Assembly: GCA_045126495.1 (NCBI GenBank)
Contig: JBGVON010000052.1
Span: forward strand, 4,516-68,515
DNA: 64,000 bases
Direction: 5' to 3'
From: Faecousia sp.
GTDB taxonomy: Bacteria > Bacillota > Clostridia > Oscillospirales > Oscillospiraceae
A model generated the notes under the pieces. The model had not been told where the DNA came from, ran no database searches, and was given only the letters and a program-made list of their open reading frames with translations. A program made the translations under genes and the position numbers. This document shows, in pieces, positions 1 through 9,855 of the stretch. Each line of letters starts with the position of its first letter. Position 1 is the first letter of the stretch.

Positions 1-2
1 TT

Positions 3-791
3 ATTGGGATCGACAGAGACCCGGTGGCATTGCAGGCGGCAGCAGAGCGCTTGACGCCTTATATGGATCGGGTCACATTGGTGCATTCCAATTTCTGCGA
101 AATGGCGCAGGCGGTGAAAGACCTGGGTCTTTCCGGTGTGGATGGCATCCTGCTGGATCTGGGGGTTTCTTCTCCCCAGTTAGACGATGCGGAGCGTGGC
201 TTTTCTTATATGGCAGACGCCCCTTTGGATATGCGCATGAACGGCGAGGATACTTTGACCGCCTTCGCAGTTGTGAATACTTGGTCCTATGAGGAATTGA
301 AACGGATCCTCTTTGATTATGGCGAGGAACGGTACGCCCCCCGCATTGCCGCGGCGATCTGCCGCAGGCGGGAAGAAAAATCCATCAGCACCACTTTGGA
401 ACTGGCGGATATTATCCGTTCTGCCATGCCACCTCAGGCGCTGCGGGAAAAGCAGCACCCGGCAAAGCGGAGCTTTCAGGCGATCCGCATCGCGGTCAAT
501 GATGAGCTTGGTTCCGTGGAACGGGCCATGGAGGCGGCGATCCCCCTGCTGAATCCCGGCGGTCGGCTGGCGGTCATTACTTTCCATTCTTTGGAAGACA
601 GGATTGTGAAAAATGCTATGGCAGAGGCAGCGAAGGGCTGCACCTGTCCTCCCAGCTTCCCGGTGTGTGTCTGCGGAAAGAAGCCTTTGGTGAAGCTGAT
701 CAGCCGCAAACCCATCGTGGCAAGCGATGTAGAATTAGAAGCAAATCCCCGTTCCCGCAGCGCAAAACTGCGGGTGTGTGAGAAAATATAA
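3..791 (+). CDS. rsmH: 16S rRNA m4C1402 methyltransferase, 5'-truncated by the window edge
   Basis: Frame open from base 3 (IGIDRDPVAL). Motifs DLGVSSPQLD, RGFSY..DAPLDMRM, ITFHSLEDRIVK, NPRSRSAKLR. First gene of the dcw cluster. Confidence 0.96.
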   Translation: MGIDRDPVALQAAAERLTPYMDRVTLVHSNFCEMAQAVKDLGLSGVDGILLDLGVSSPQLDDAERGFSYMADAPLDMRMNGEDTLTAFAVVNTWSYEELKRILFDYGEERYAPRIAAAICRRREEKSISTTLELADIIRSAMPPQALREKQHPAKRSFQAIRIAVNDELGSVERAMEAAIPLLNPGGRLAVITFHSLEDRIVKNAMAEAAKGCTCPPSFPVCVCGKKPLVKLISRKPIVASDVELEANPRSRSAKLRVCEKI

Positions 792-811
792 AAGTAAAGG
801 AGCAGGCGGTT

Positions 812-1276
812 ATGGCGCAGGGTGTTAACGTCCAGTATGTGCAATTTTATACACAGGGCAGCGCGGCGCGTCGTGTGCTGCCTGCGATCTCTACATATTT
901 CCGCCCGCTGCCTCAGATTCGGAAGCGGAAAGTCCGACGGATCTGCGTAGATCCGGTGGCACTTCTGGGAACAGCGGTGGCGGTGTGTATGCTGGTTATG
1001 ATGGCGGTTGGTGTGAGCCAATTGCGCACCGAGCAGCAGGAAAGCGCTGCTATGACAGAATATGTGCAGCGCTTGGAATTTGAAAACCGGCATTTGCAGG
1101 CAGAGTATGCCGCGTCCTGCGATCTGGAAGCGGTGGAAAAGACCGCGCTGGCGCTGGGCATGATCCCGCAGGAGCAAGCAACTCACACAGTGATTGCAGT
1201 AGAACCCCCGCAGGTGCAGGAATCTGTAACCCTGTGGAACCGGATCGGAATATTTTTGACGGGCTTGTTTGCATAA
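812..1276 (+). CDS. FtsL-like cell division protein
   Basis: Basic N-terminus, one TM helix, coiled coil, DLEAVEKTALALGM motif. Lies between rsmH and the PBP, with an AAGGAG RBS. Confidence 0.65.
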   Translation: MAQGVNVQYVQFYTQGSAARRVLPAISTYFRPLPQIRKRKVRRICVDPVALLGTAVAVCMLVMMAVGVSQLRTEQQESAAMTEYVQRLEFENRHLQAEYAASCDLEAVEKTALALGMIPQEQATHTVIAVEPPQVQESVTLWNRIGIFLTGLFA

Positions 1277-1312
1277 TACATGGTCCTGCCAATACACTTG
1301 AATAAGGCTGCG

Positions 1313-1347
1313 ATGGGCGGCGAGGGATTCCCTTGCTGCCCATTTTT
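1313..1347 (+). terminator. Intrinsic terminator-like hairpin between ftsL-like and PBP genes
   Basis: ATGGGCGGCGAGGGA-T-TCCCTTGCTGCCCAT (two G-U pairs), running into TTTTT. Confidence 0.55.
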
Positions 1348-1365
1348 AGGAAAGGTCGGAGTGTA

Positions 1366-3696
1366 ATGGCAAAGGAAATGAAAAAACGGGAGTATAACCG
1401 CATCCGTAAGGATACCGGTCAGCACCGGCGGATCACATGGACGGCTTTGTTTTTGGGGATTTTGGCATTTATCCCGGTCATCGTGCAGCTTTTTGGTCTT
1501 ATGGTCAGAGATTACGATTATTACGCCCGGCTGGCGCTGCGGAATCAGACCCGCACCACCCGGGTCACAGGGGACAGGGGCGTGATCTACGACCGGAATA
1601 TGAACATTCTTGCCACTTCCCAAAGTGTGGAGAATGTGTATTTAGACCCTCATGAGTTAAAACAATCCAAAGCAGATATCCAAGCCATTGCCCAAACCTT
1701 GGGGCAGATCCTGCAACTGGACGCCCAATGGATCGCCCAGCAGGCAAAGGATACCAAAATGCGGTACAAGCAGATCGCTGCGAGGGTTGATGAGGAGACC
1801 GCAGGGCAGATCCGCAGCTATATTAACCAGCAAAAGATCTCCGGCATCCATTTGGAACCCAATTCTCAGCGCTATTATCCCTATGGAAGTCTTGCTGCGC
1901 AGGTAATTGGCTTTACCAACGCCTCCAATACGGGATCTGAGGGGATAGAAGCGGCGTATAACAGTTATTTGGAAGGTTCAACGGGCAGTGTCATCACCAC
2001 CAAGGGCAATAATGAGATGGATATGCCCTTTTCTTATGAACATTACACCGCCTCAAAGCAGGGAAACAGCGTGGTGCTTACCTTAGATACTACGGTACAG
2101 GCATGCTTAGAAAAGCAGATGGAAGCGGCAATTGCCCGGTATGATGTGCAAAACGGCGCTTTTGGCATGGTGATGAATGTCAATACCGGGGAGATCCTTG
2201 CTATGGCGACCCTGGGCAGCTATGACCCCAATAACTATCTGGAAGTGCAGGACGCTGAGACTGCCTATGAGCTGGAAAAACTGCGCGCCCAGTATCTTAT
2301 GTATCCGGAGTCCTCACAGGCATTTTTAGACGGACAGACCACCTATAAACAGGCGCTGAATGCTGCCCGCTTGAAGCAATGGCGAAACCGGTGTATCTCC
2401 GATGGTTATGAGCCCGGCTCAACCTTTAAGGTAATGACCATGGCAGCGGCGCTGGATTGCGGCGCCATTGACTTGGAAACCAATTTTTCATGCAGCGGCG
2501 CTGAGCAGATCCCCGGCCGCGCCCAACGGCTGCATTGCTGGCGTTCAACCGGTCACGGCGCCCAAAAAACCCCACAGGCGTTGCAGAATTCCTGCAACCT
2601 TGCCTTTGCCCATATCGCACTGAAATTGGGCGGGCAGCGCTTTTATGAATATGTGGAACAGTTTGGCATTTTGGAAAAGACGGGACTGGATCTGGCGGGG
2701 GAGAGCAAGGGTGTGTTCTTTTCCAAAGAACTGGTCACTGATACAGATAAATGGGGCACTGCCTCGTTGACCTCCGGTTCTTTCGGTCAGACCTTTAAGC
2801 TGACCCCCTTGCAGCTGGTGCGGGGGATCGCCGCGGTGGTAAACGGCGGATACCTGCTGGAACCTTACCTGGTCAGTCAGGTAATTGATGCAGATGGAAA
2901 TACTGTCTTGCAGCAGGAGCCTACCGTTTTGCGGCAGGTGATCCGGGAGGAAACCTCCAAAACCATGTGCAGCCTTATGCAGTCGGTGGTAGAAGAGGGA
3001 ACGGCAAAAAATGCTCAGGTTGCAGGTTTTGCTATCGGCGGCAAGACCGGTACCAGCGAGAAGATCGACGTGTTTGATGATAACGGTCAGCGGGTGCAGG
3101 ATAAAATTGTATCCTTTGTAGGGGTTGCGCCTATGGATGATCCGGAGTATATTGTACTTGTAGCTTTGGACACCCCCTCCCGCAGTACCGGGATCTATAT
3201 TTCCGGCGGTGTCATGGCTGCGCCTACGGTAGGCGCGGTGATGGCGGATATCCTGCCTTATCTGGAAGTGAAACGCAACTGGACAGAGGAAGATGCGGCA
3301 GGCAGAGAAGTGACGGTGGAGGATTTCACCGGACTGACGTTGAAAGAAGCGCAGACGCAATTGAAGGCCATGGGTCTGTCCGCAGAGACTGTGGGCACAG
3401 GAGATACCGTCACCGCCCAGATCCCCATGGCGGGGAATGTGGTGCCGGGGAACAGTCAGGTGCTGTTATATCTGGGTGAAGAACCGGAAGCGCGGTATGT
3501 CACCGTCCCGGATTTTACAGGCATGACCCGTCAGCAGGCAAGTGATGCCGCAGGGCTTTTGGGTCTGTACATTTTGGTGACCGGAAATGATGCCATGGAT
3601 GCATTGGTCACCGCACAATCTTATACAAAAGATACACAGGTTCCCGTGGGAACGACAATAAAATTGGAGTTTGCCGATACCAAGGCAGCGGATTAA
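1366..3696 (+). CDS. Class B penicillin-binding protein (FtsI/SpoVD family) with two C-terminal PASTA domains
   Basis: N-terminal TM, RG.IYDRN dimerisation motif, EPGSTFK (SxxK), SCN, KTGT, two VPDF/VEDF-type PASTA repeats. Confidence 0.92.
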   Translation: MAKEMKKREYNRIRKDTGQHRRITWTALFLGILAFIPVIVQLFGLMVRDYDYYARLALRNQTRTTRVTGDRGVIYDRNMNILATSQSVENVYLDPHELKQSKADIQAIAQTLGQILQLDAQWIAQQAKDTKMRYKQIAARVDEETAGQIRSYINQQKISGIHLEPNSQRYYPYGSLAAQVIGFTNASNTGSEGIEAAYNSYLEGSTGSVITTKGNNEMDMPFSYEHYTASKQGNSVVLTLDTTVQACLEKQMEAAIARYDVQNGAFGMVMNVNTGEILAMATLGSYDPNNYLEVQDAETAYELEKLRAQYLMYPESSQAFLDGQTTYKQALNAARLKQWRNRCISDGYEPGSTFKVMTMAAALDCGAIDLETNFSCSGAEQIPGRAQRLHCWRSTGHGAQKTPQALQNSCNLAFAHIALKLGGQRFYEYVEQFGILEKTGLDLAGESKGVFFSKELVTDTDKWGTASLTSGSFGQTFKLTPLQLVRGIAAVVNGGYLLEPYLVSQVIDADGNTVLQQEPTVLRQVIREETSKTMCSLMQSVVEEGTAKNAQVAGFAIGGKTGTSEKIDVFDDNGQRVQDKIVSFVGVAPMDDPEYIVLVALDTPSRSTGIYISGGVMAAPTVGAVMADILPYLEVKRNWTEEDAAGREVTVEDFTGLTLKEAQTQLKAMGLSAETVGTGDTVTAQIPMAGNVVPGNSQVLLYLGEEPEARYVTVPDFTGMTRQQASDAAGLLGLYILVTGNDAMDALVTAQSYTKDTQVPVGTTIKLEFADTKAAD

Positions 3697-3707
3697 GGAG
3701 ATTCGTT

Positions 3708-5162
3708 ATGAAATTAAAGCAGTTGCTTGCGGATGTGAGCGTCATCAAGTCCAATGTATCCATGGATACGGATATTCCGGCGGTGGTCTATGATTCCCGT
3801 CAGGTAACTCCCGGCTGCGTGTTTGTTGCCATTACAGGCTTTGCCACCGATGGCAATAAGTATATCCCCATGGCGCTGGAAAAGGGCGCCGCGGTGGTAG
3901 TGACCGCCCAGTCCCAGCCGGACACCGTTCCCCATGTGCAGGTGACATCCGACCGCTTGGCATTGGCGCAGATCGGCAGCAATTTCTTTGACCACCCGGG
4001 TAAAGCCATGAAGCTCATCGGCATTACCGGTACCAACGGTAAAACCTCTTCCACGTTGCTGTTAAAGCACATTTTGGAACAGGTGCTGGGGGCGAAGGTT
4101 GGCTTGGTGGGCACCATGGGTAATATGATCGGCGATATGCCCATTCCTGGTGACCGTACCACTCCGGAGAGTTTTGCTTTGCAGGAATTACTGGCCCGGA
4201 TGCGAGATGCAAATTGCACCCATGTGATCATGGAGGTGTCCTCCCACGCCATTGCGCTGGACAGAGTGGCGGGACTGCACTATACTGTGGCAGCATTTAC
4301 CAATCTGACAGAGGATCATCTGGATTTTCACAAAACCATGGAAAACTATTGCGATACCAAGGCAGAACTGTTCCGGCGCTGCGATAAAGCGGTAATTAAC
4401 CGGGATGATGCCTGGTTTGAGCGGATTACCCAAAATGTATCCTGTGAAGCGATTACCACCTCCGTAAAGGGCAGGGGAAGTCTATGCGCAGAGAAGCTGG
4501 AACTGCTCTCCGATGGCGTTTCTTTTGCGGTAACCTATGGAGCGGAACAGGCGCAGGTGTACCTGCCCATTCCCGGCAAGTTTTCTGTTTATAATGCGCT
4601 GACCGCCTTGGGCTGCGCTATGGAGCTGGGCATTTCCCTCACCGATGCGGCCCAAGCTCTGAAAACCGCCAAGGGTGTTAAGGGCAGGGTGGAGGTAGTC
4701 CCCACCCCCGGCAAAGATTACACGGTGCTGATCGATTACGCCCATACCCCCGACGGCTTGGAAAATGTCCTTTCTTCTGTAAAGGGTTATTGCAAGGGAC
4801 GTTTGATCGCGGTGTTTGGCTGCGGCGGCGACCGGGATCCGGTGAAGCGGCCTATTATGGGCAGAATCGGTGTGGAGCTTGCTGACTATGCCATCATTAC
4901 CTCGGATAATCCCCGTACAGAAGAACCGGGAAAAATCATACAGGATATCCTAAAAGGGGTAGATTCGTCAAAAAATAACTATGAAGTTTTGGAAAATCGC
5001 CCAAAAGCTATCGAACATGCTATGGACATTGCCGAAAAGAATGATATAATAGTATTGGCTGGAAAAGGCCATGAAACTTATCAGGAGATTTGCGGCGTGA
5101 AGCACCATCTGGATGAGCGTGAGGTGGTGGCTGCTTATCTGGCGAAATCGAGGAACGGATAA
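3708..5162 (+). CDS. murE: UDP-MurNAc-dipeptide--meso-DAP ligase
   Basis: GITGTNGKTSS, TTPES, MEVSSH, IDYAHTPD, and DNPR (meso-DAP specificity motif). Confidence 0.96.
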   Translation: MKLKQLLADVSVIKSNVSMDTDIPAVVYDSRQVTPGCVFVAITGFATDGNKYIPMALEKGAAVVVTAQSQPDTVPHVQVTSDRLALAQIGSNFFDHPGKAMKLIGITGTNGKTSSTLLLKHILEQVLGAKVGLVGTMGNMIGDMPIPGDRTTPESFALQELLARMRDANCTHVIMEVSSHAIALDRVAGLHYTVAAFTNLTEDHLDFHKTMENYCDTKAELFRRCDKAVINRDDAWFERITQNVSCEAITTSVKGRGSLCAEKLELLSDGVSFAVTYGAEQAQVYLPIPGKFSVYNALTALGCAMELGISLTDAAQALKTAKGVKGRVEVVPTPGKDYTVLIDYAHTPDGLENVLSSVKGYCKGRLIAVFGCGGDRDPVKRPIMGRIGVELADYAIITSDNPRTEEPGKIIQDILKGVDSSKNNYEVLENRPKAIEHAMDIAEKNDIIVLAGKGHETYQEICGVKHHLDEREVVAAYLAKSRNG

Positions 5163-6523
5163 TGGGTAGAATAACATTACAGCAGGCCGCCCTTTGGTGC
5201 GGCGGTCGGGTGGATCCCAAATATCAGGATATTACTTTTTTTGGCGCTAACAACGACAGCAGGAAGTTGGAGGCCGGTCAGCTTTTTGTTGCCTTGCATG
5301 GGCAGCGGGACGGACATGACTTTATCCCGGTTGCTTTGGAAAAGGGCGCGGCGGCGGTGCTTTGTACCCATTGTGACGGGGACTATCCCGCTATCGTGGT
5401 GGAGGATACCCGTGTGGCTTTGGGTCAGATCGCCCGTGGCGAGCGGGCACGGCTGGGTATAAAGGTTGTAGGCATTACCGGCTCTGTGGGCAAAAGCACC
5501 ACCAAGGAGATGGTTGCTTCTGTCCTTGGCAGTGTCTACCGTGTGGCAAAGACCCCGGAAAATCATAATAATGATATCGGCATGCCCATGGCGATCTTGG
5601 GTATACCGGAGGACACCCAAATCGCGGTGCTGGAAATGGGCATGAACCACTTTGGCGAGATTGCCTACCTTACCAATATTGCCCGTCCGGACATTGCGGT
5701 GATCACCAATATTGGTTCGGTGCACATTGAGCATTTAGGCTCTGTGGAGGGCGTTTTGCGGGCGAAGCTGGAAATTCTGGATGGCATGCCCCAAGACGGC
5801 ACGGTGATCTTCAATGGTGATGATGCTCTGCTGTGGAATCTGCGGCAGACCTTGGATAAAAAGATGGTCTATTTTGGCGTGCGGAATCCGGAATGCGGAA
5901 TGCTGGGCAGTGGGGTCACCCCAAAAGAGGGAAGTTTGTCCTTTCACGTGCAGTGTTCTGGCCAGTCCTTTGATTTGTCGCTGCCCATAGAGGGCGAGCA
6001 CTATGTCCATGATGCGCTGGCTGCGGTGGCTGTGGGCTTTCAATTGGACGTCCCGGCAGAAAAGATCCGCAGTAGCCTGTCCCGCTTTCAGAATATGGCG
6101 GGGCGGCAGGAGATCTACGAAAAAAACGGCTTTACCATTATTCAAGACTGCTACAATGCCGGTCCTGAGTCCATGACTGCCGCGCTGACGGTGCTGGGCA
6201 GCCGTACCGGACGCCGTGTGGCGATTCTGGGGGATATGTTGGAACTGGGTGTGTGTGCCGATGCGGAGCACTATAAGATCGGTCGGGTGGCTGCAAAAAA
6301 TGCAGACATGCTTCTTGCCTATGGACCGAAAAGTGAGCGGATGCTCTACGGTGCTATTACCGGTGGTATGTCTCAGAACAGCGCAAGGGCGTTTACCGAC
6401 AGGGATAAATTATCGGAAGTGCTGAAACAGATCGCAAAACCCGGAGATATCCTGCTGTTTAAGGGAAGCGCGGGTATGCGAATGCAGTTGGTGCTGGACC
6501 GGTTTTTGGAAGATACCAAGTAA
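5162..6523 (+). CDS. murF: UDP-MurNAc-tripeptide--D-Ala-D-Ala ligase
   Basis: GITGSVGKSTTKE, NNDIGMP, LEMGMNH.GEI, DCYNA.P.SM, GDMLELG. Confidence 0.96.
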   Translation: MGRITLQQAALWCGGRVDPKYQDITFFGANNDSRKLEAGQLFVALHGQRDGHDFIPVALEKGAAAVLCTHCDGDYPAIVVEDTRVALGQIARGERARLGIKVVGITGSVGKSTTKEMVASVLGSVYRVAKTPENHNNDIGMPMAILGIPEDTQIAVLEMGMNHFGEIAYLTNIARPDIAVITNIGSVHIEHLGSVEGVLRAKLEILDGMPQDGTVIFNGDDALLWNLRQTLDKKMVYFGVRNPECGMLGSGVTPKEGSLSFHVQCSGQSFDLSLPIEGEHYVHDALAAVAVGFQLDVPAEKIRSSLSRFQNMAGRQEIYEKNGFTIIQDCYNAGPESMTAALTVLGSRTGRRVAILGDMLELGVCADAEHYKIGRVAAKNADMLLAYGPKSERMLYGAITGGMSQNSARAFTDRDKLSEVLKQIAKPGDILLFKGSAGMRMQLVLDRFLEDTK

Positions 6524-6538
6524 CACGGAGGATAAACC

Positions 6539-7516
6539 ATGACAAGAGTGTGTATAACCGCATTGGCATCGGTGGTGATGACCGGTATTATCGGTTACTT
6601 TTTGCTGCCGATTCTCCGTGCGTTGAAGGCAGGGCAGTCCATTCGGGAGATTGGACCGACTTGGCATAACAGTAAAGCGGGCACCCCCATGATGGGCGGA
6701 CTGATGTTTATTGCATCGGCGGTGCTGTGCCTTACCATCAATATTCCCTCCATGCAGGAAAAGACCGTCCTTTATCCCTTGGCGCTGGGCCTGTGCTTTG
6801 GTCTCGTGGGATTTTTGGATGACTTTTTCAAATTGAAATTTAAGCGGAATCTGGGCTTGACGGCGTTGCAGAAGGCAATGCTGCAAATGGCAGTTTCTGC
6901 CCTTTACCTGTACCTTTTGTATGTGGAAGGCAGTATGACCAGTAATATCTATGTTCCTTTCCTGGATCAGTCTTTCTACATACACCCCATGGTCTATATC
7001 TTTTTTGCCATGTTTGTGACGGTGGGTTGTGTCAATGCGGTGAACCTTACTGACGGCGTAGACGGCCTGTGCGGCTCGGTGACCATACCGGTGATGCTTT
7101 TCTTTACTGCCGCCGCGGTGTGTATGGGCAAATTCGATCTTGCACTGCTGCCGGCATCTTTGGTGGGCGGTTTGATTGCTTACCTGTTCTATAACTGGCA
7201 TCCTGCCAAAGTATTTATGGGTGATACCGGCTCTCTGTTTTTGGGAGGCATCGTCTGCGGACTGGCATTTGCGCTGGATATGCCGCTGGTGCTGATCCTT
7301 GTGGGCGTCGTGTATATTGTGGAGACCCTTTCGGTCATTTTGCAGGTAGGCTATTTTAAGCTGACACATGGCAAACGCCTTTTCAAAATGTCTCCTATCC
7401 ACCATCATTTTGAGATGTGCGGCTGGAAAGAGGAGAAGATCGTTACAGTGTTTACGCTGGTGACCGGTCTGATGTGCCTGGTTTCCTGGTTTGCGGTACG
7501 GGGACACGTTTTTTAA
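6539..7516 (+). CDS. mraY: Phospho-MurNAc-pentapeptide transferase
   Basis: KAGTPMMGG, GFLDD, NAVNLTDGVDGL, PAKVFMGDTGS, PIHHHFE. Confidence 0.97.
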   Translation: MTRVCITALASVVMTGIIGYFLLPILRALKAGQSIREIGPTWHNSKAGTPMMGGLMFIASAVLCLTINIPSMQEKTVLYPLALGLCFGLVGFLDDFFKLKFKRNLGLTALQKAMLQMAVSALYLYLLYVEGSMTSNIYVPFLDQSFYIHPMVYIFFAMFVTVGCVNAVNLTDGVDGLCGSVTIPVMLFFTAAAVCMGKFDLALLPASLVGGLIAYLFYNWHPAKVFMGDTGSLFLGGIVCGLAFALDMPLVLILVGVVYIVETLSVILQVGYFKLTHGKRLFKMSPIHHHFEMCGWKEEKIVTVFTLVTGLMCLVSWFAVRGHVF

Positions 7517-7534
7517 ACCCGGAAAGGAGCGCTT

Positions 7535-8707
7535 GTGGCATTGCAGAAATCTCTGTATGCCAAAGAGAACCGCCGTCTGATGAAAAAGCAGACGGGCGAA
7601 GGTGTGGACCTTGTATTTTTGCTGCTTTTACTGCTTGTGCTGACTGTGGGGCTCATTATGCTCTATTCGGCAAGCTATGCCCAAAGCGAATACGATACCG
7701 GCTATACCCAATCCACCCGCTACCTGCAAAAACAGGGACTGTGCGCGCTGATTGGCTTGGGCGCCATGATGATCCTCAGTCGTATTCCACCGGAGTTTTG
7801 GCTGCGATGGGCGTGGGTGCTTTACGGTGTCAGCATTGTTCTTTTGCTGTGCGTGCTGGTGTTTGGGCAGTCCGTTAACGGCGCCAGACGGTGGATCAAT
7901 ATTGCAGGCTTGCAGTTTCAACCCTCGGAGATCGCCAAGTTCACTATGATCGTCCTCTTTGCCAAGCTGACCCGGGATTTTGGGAAGCAGGCGCGGCAGT
8001 TCCGCCGGGGCGTGTTGGGGTTTGGCGCGGCGCTATTGGGCATTCTTGTGCCTCTGGCGCTGGAAAAGCACCTGTCTGCCATTATGCTGATGGGCATGGT
8101 GGCGGTGGTGATGATGTTCATTGCCGGTACCCACCCCAAATGGCTGCTGGCAGGGGCAGGGGCAGCAGTGGTGTTCGTGGCGGTGTATGTAAGCCTCATG
8201 GGCTACGCCGGTGATCGGGTGACCGCATGGCTGCACCCGGAGCAGGATCCCTCGGATACCGGCTATCAGATCCTGCAATCCCTCTATGCCATTGGTTCCG
8301 GGGGGTTGTTTGGCTTAGGCTTGGGTAAGAGCAGACAGAAATATCTGTACTTACCCTTTCAGTATAACGACTATATTTTCGCTATCATTTGCGAGGAACT
8401 TGGCCTTGTGGGCGCGGCGCTGATCATCGTACTGTTCGGCGCGTTGATCCTGCGGGGTTACCGGATTGCCCTTTATGGGGGTAGCCGGTTCCGGACGGTT
8501 CTGGGTGCGGGACTGATTACCCTGATCGCTGTCCAGACCATTTTGAATTTATGTGTTGTGACCAATCTGCTGCCCTCTACCGGCATTGCACTGCCTTTCT
8601 TTTCCTATGGAGGGACGGCGTTGGCAGTGAATCTGGGGGAGATGGGGATCGTGCTGAGCATATCCCGTTACCGGAACCAATCGGCACAACAGGAGGAAAC
8701 CTTATGA
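7535..8707 (+). CDS. ftsW: SEDS-family peptidoglycan polymerase FtsW/SpoVE
   Basis: GARRWI, QPSEIAK, GYQ..QS..AIGSGG, DYIF.II.EELG, PFFSYGG. Position upstream of murG. Confidence 0.9.
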   Translation: MALQKSLYAKENRRLMKKQTGEGVDLVFLLLLLLVLTVGLIMLYSASYAQSEYDTGYTQSTRYLQKQGLCALIGLGAMMILSRIPPEFWLRWAWVLYGVSIVLLLCVLVFGQSVNGARRWINIAGLQFQPSEIAKFTMIVLFAKLTRDFGKQARQFRRGVLGFGAALLGILVPLALEKHLSAIMLMGMVAVVMMFIAGTHPKWLLAGAGAAVVFVAVYVSLMGYAGDRVTAWLHPEQDPSDTGYQILQSLYAIGSGGLFGLGLGKSRQKYLYLPFQYNDYIFAIICEELGLVGAALIIVLFGALILRGYRIALYGGSRFRTVLGAGLITLIAVQTILNLCVVTNLLPSTGIALPFFSYGGTALAVNLGEMGIVLSISRYRNQSAQQEETL

Positions 8708-9855
8708 ATGTGATCTTTACCTGCGGTGGTACGGGGGGACATATTAACCCCGCTATTGCGGTTGCCAATTGCTGGAAAGAACGCCACCCGGACAGTAACA
8801 TCCTGTTCATCGGCGGCAAGGGCTATATGGAAGAAGAGTTAGTGCCCAAGGCGGGGTACAAGCTGGAAGTCATGGATGCCTTCGGCTTAGAGAGAAGTCT
8901 TTCTTTTTCTGCAATGCGCAATAATATCAAGGCAGTAAAAAGCGTCATTTCTGCCATCGGCAAGTGCAAAAAGATCATTCGGGATTTTCAGGCGGATGTG
9001 GTAATGGGCACCGGCGGTTATGCCAGCTTCCCTGCGTTGTATGCCGCAAAGCAGTTAAAAGTTCCCACCTGTGTCCATGAGGCTAACGCCATGCCGGGTT
9101 TGACTACCCGTATGGTTGCAGGCTGGACGGATAAGGTACTGGTGTGCTTCCCGGAGAGCGCAGGGTATTACAAGGATTCTGCCAAGGTGGAAGTGGTGGG
9201 CATGCCTGTCCGCCGGGAGTTTATTTATACGAAAAAGTCCGATGCCCGTCGGGAACTGGGATTGGACGATCGTCCTCTGGTGGTTTCTGCTTTTGGCAGT
9301 CAGGGGGCAAAAGTTATGAATGAGGTGACCGGAAAGCTGTTCCGGTTGGAGCAGGATGCAGGCTGTCCTTTCCGCCATATCCATGCAGTGGGCAGCTACG
9401 GCTGGAAGTGGATGCCGGATTATGTCCGGCAGCAGGGCGTGGATTTAGAGAAGAATCCCGCTATTACCATGCAGGAGTATATTTATAATATGCCCACGAT
9501 GATGGCAGCGGCAGATGTGTTTATCAGCCGGGCAGGGGCATCCAGTTGCAGCGAGATTGCCGCATCCGGAACGCCCTGTATCCTGATCCCGTCTCCCAAT
9601 GTGACGGATAATCATCAGGAGAAGAATGCCCGGGCACTGGAAGCCCAGGGCGCGGCGGTGGTGATCCCGGAAAAGGACTGCACCCCCCAGCGGCTGCTGG
9701 ATGAGGTAAATGGCCTGCTGCATGACCGGGCGCGTTATGATGCCATGTGCAAAGCTCTTTATAAAATGGCAGTGCCGGACAGCGCAGAACGGCTGTGTGA
9801 TGTAATGGAGCAGCTGGCAGAGAAAAAGGAGAAACGCAATGCAAATCAAGGATAG
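8704..9855 (+). CDS. murG: Lipid II GlcNAc transferase
   Basis: GGTGGHINP, GTGGYAS, HEANAMPG, SRAGASS, DNHQEKNA. Start moved from the ORF-track 8551 to ATG 8704. Confidence 0.96.
   Translation: MNVIFTCGGTGGHINPAIAVANCWKERHPDSNILFIGGKGYMEEELVPKAGYKLEVMDAFGLERSLSFSAMRNNIKAVKSVISAIGKCKKIIRDFQADVVMGTGGYASFPALYAAKQLKVPTCVHEANAMPGLTTRMVAGWTDKVLVCFPESAGYYKDSAKVEVVGMPVRREFIYTKKSDARRELGLDDRPLVVSAFGSQGAKVMNEVTGKLFRLEQDAGCPFRHIHAVGSYGWKWMPDYVRQQGVDLEKNPAITMQEYIYNMPTMMAAADVFISRAGASSCSEIAASGTPCILIPSPNVTDNHQEKNARALEAQGAAVVIPEKDCTPQRLLDEVNGLLHDRARYDAMCKALYKMAVPDSAERLCDVMEQLAEKKEKRNANQG

Noticed and set aside
8551-8703. N-terminal extensions from the ORF track (murG, PBP 1333, ackA 17597, glyA 57653, spoIIGA 55075, SBP 46637)
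   Set aside because: They overlap upstream genes or leaders. Downstream starts have proper RBS spacing and match family N-termini.
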